Shown: positions 63,187-64,000 of the stretch, in pieces
Layout: every line of letters starts with the position of its first letter
How positions within the stretch are numbered: position 1 is the stretch's first letter
From: Mitsuokella multacida
GTDB taxonomy: Bacteria > Bacillota > Negativicutes > Selenomonadales > Selenomonadaceae
Length of the DNA stretch: 64,000 nt
Reading direction: 5' to 3'
Assembly: GCA_047831595.1 (NCBI GenBank)
Contig: CP181253.1
Span: 1,555,112-1,619,111, forward strand
Made by a program: the position numbers and the translations under genes
Notes under the pieces: generated by a model
Seen by the model: the letters and a program-made list of their open reading frames with translations, nothing else
The model's database searches: none
Told to the model about the DNA's origin: nothing

Positions 63187-64000
63187 GCTCACGCACCTCC
63201 TCCGTAAGGCCGCTAAAGCGTGTCGCATGCGTAACAGGCACGGCTTTCGCTTTTTCAGCCTTTTGTTTCAGGCCGGTGAGCAGTCTGGATGACGATGGCT
63301 TTTTCGTAAAAGAAGGAACCACGGTCTTACTGCCCTGACAATTCTCGCCGATGACCAGTTTGTGTGCCTTAAAGGGCTTGAAATCTTTGTGATGAATCTC
63401 GACTTCGTCGGTCCAGGTTGTGTCGTACAAGACTTCGACTTTTCGGCCGATGAGTTTCATACCGACTTCGTATTGCGCGCCGTTGAAGTTGATGCAGCCG
63501 GTCTTGTCCACCTGCCGTACTTCCGTGTGCAGAAAGGCTTCCCGCATGGCCTCGACCGGTGGGAAGTAGATGGGATGCGTATCCGTGCGCCAGGCAGTAG
63601 CCGGTGACATACCGCCAAGACCCGTATGCGGCTCTTGATGATATTCTTCCTGCAGCCAGGCAGCAAAATATTGGTTGAGCTCATCCAAAGTCCGCGGCTT
63701 CTGCAAAGCACATTCTGCCAAGAATGAATCGACGGTGCGGTTAAACCTCTCAATCTTGCCTTTCGATTCTGGGGAATACTCTTTGGCATGCAGCAGACGG
63801 ATGCCGAGCTTGGCACATGCGTGTTTCAGCCATTTACTGCGGTACTGTTTGCCGTTGTCGACGAAAAGTGCTTTGGGCTGTCCAGCCTGCATGATGGCTG
63901 TGCGCAGAGAATCCTCGATGATGTCCGTGGTCTGATTTGCGTAGAACTTGGCGCTGACCACAAAGCGTGTCGCGTCGTCGATCCAGGCGGCCAGAAACGT
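63179..64000 (-). CDS. DDE transposase of the Mu/TniA/TnsB (rve) type, C-terminal part; continues past window end
   Basis: The frame is open to nt 64000 (..FLAAWIDDATRFVVSAKFY..). It contains FVDNGKQYRS and YSPESKGKIERFNRTV (DDE residues) plus a Mu-transposase-C-like tail. Confidence 0.75.
   Translation of the reverse strand, partial: TFLAAWIDDATRFVVSAKFYANQTTDIIEDSLRTAIMQAGQPKALFVDNGKQYRSKWLKHACAKLGIRLLHAKEYSPESKGKIERFNRTVDSFLAECALQKPRTLDELNQYFAAWLQEEYHQEPHTGLGGMSPATAWRTDTHPIYFPPVEAMREAFLHTEVRQVDKTGCINFNGAQYEVGMKLIGRKVEVLYDTTWTDEVEIHHKDFKPFKAHKLVIGENCQGSKTVVPSFTKKPSSSRLLTGLKQKAEKAKAVPVTHATRFSGLTEEVREHV

Overview
This window is the replication-origin region of a moderately GC-rich, Firmicutes-type chromosome. 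The exact taxon cannot be established from the window alone. Left of oriC, on the minus strand, lie rpmH-rnpA-yidD-yidC-jag-mnmE-mnmG-rsmG. oriC is bipartite, with DnaA-box clusters flanking dnaA. To its right, on the plus strand, lie dnaA-dnaN-yaaA-recF-DUF721-remB-gyrB. Further left are parA/parB with six perfect consensus parS sites, a split archaeal-type glutamate synthase operon, a split metH, pfkA, a ZTP-riboswitch-controlled AICAR transformylase, bioY-bioD-bioA, a secreted tannase, an amino-acid permease, an acyl-CoA ligase, a MerR regulator with a MATE pump, two LysR regulators and two tRNA-Val genes. To the right are a Mn-riboswitch/TerC unit, htpX and a prepilin peptidase. Mobile DNA is abundant. 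There are three identical 1221-bp IS30-family copies: two have 13-bp target duplications and one has none. There is also a decayed IS200/IS605 element (tnpA relic plus tnpB with one in-frame TAG), an IS1182 relic, an IS3-family element inside an AT-rich foreign membrane-protein gene, and a TniA/TniB-type transposon at the right edge next to an orphan hicB. I found no CRISPR array, rRNA, prophage or clear multi-gene defence system. The least-explained signals are: (1) a GC-rich hairpin repeat family with compensatory arm changes after metH and htpX; (2) a long structured leader upstream of a Xi-class GST; (3) an enlarged DUF721 (DciA-like) protein with a zinc ribbon; (4) an acidic N-terminal extension on GyrB; and (5) the unusual IS30 target duplications, including one insertion that splits a MerR-type promoter from its MATE pump. 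All calls come from reading the sequence and remembered family motifs. No database search was run.
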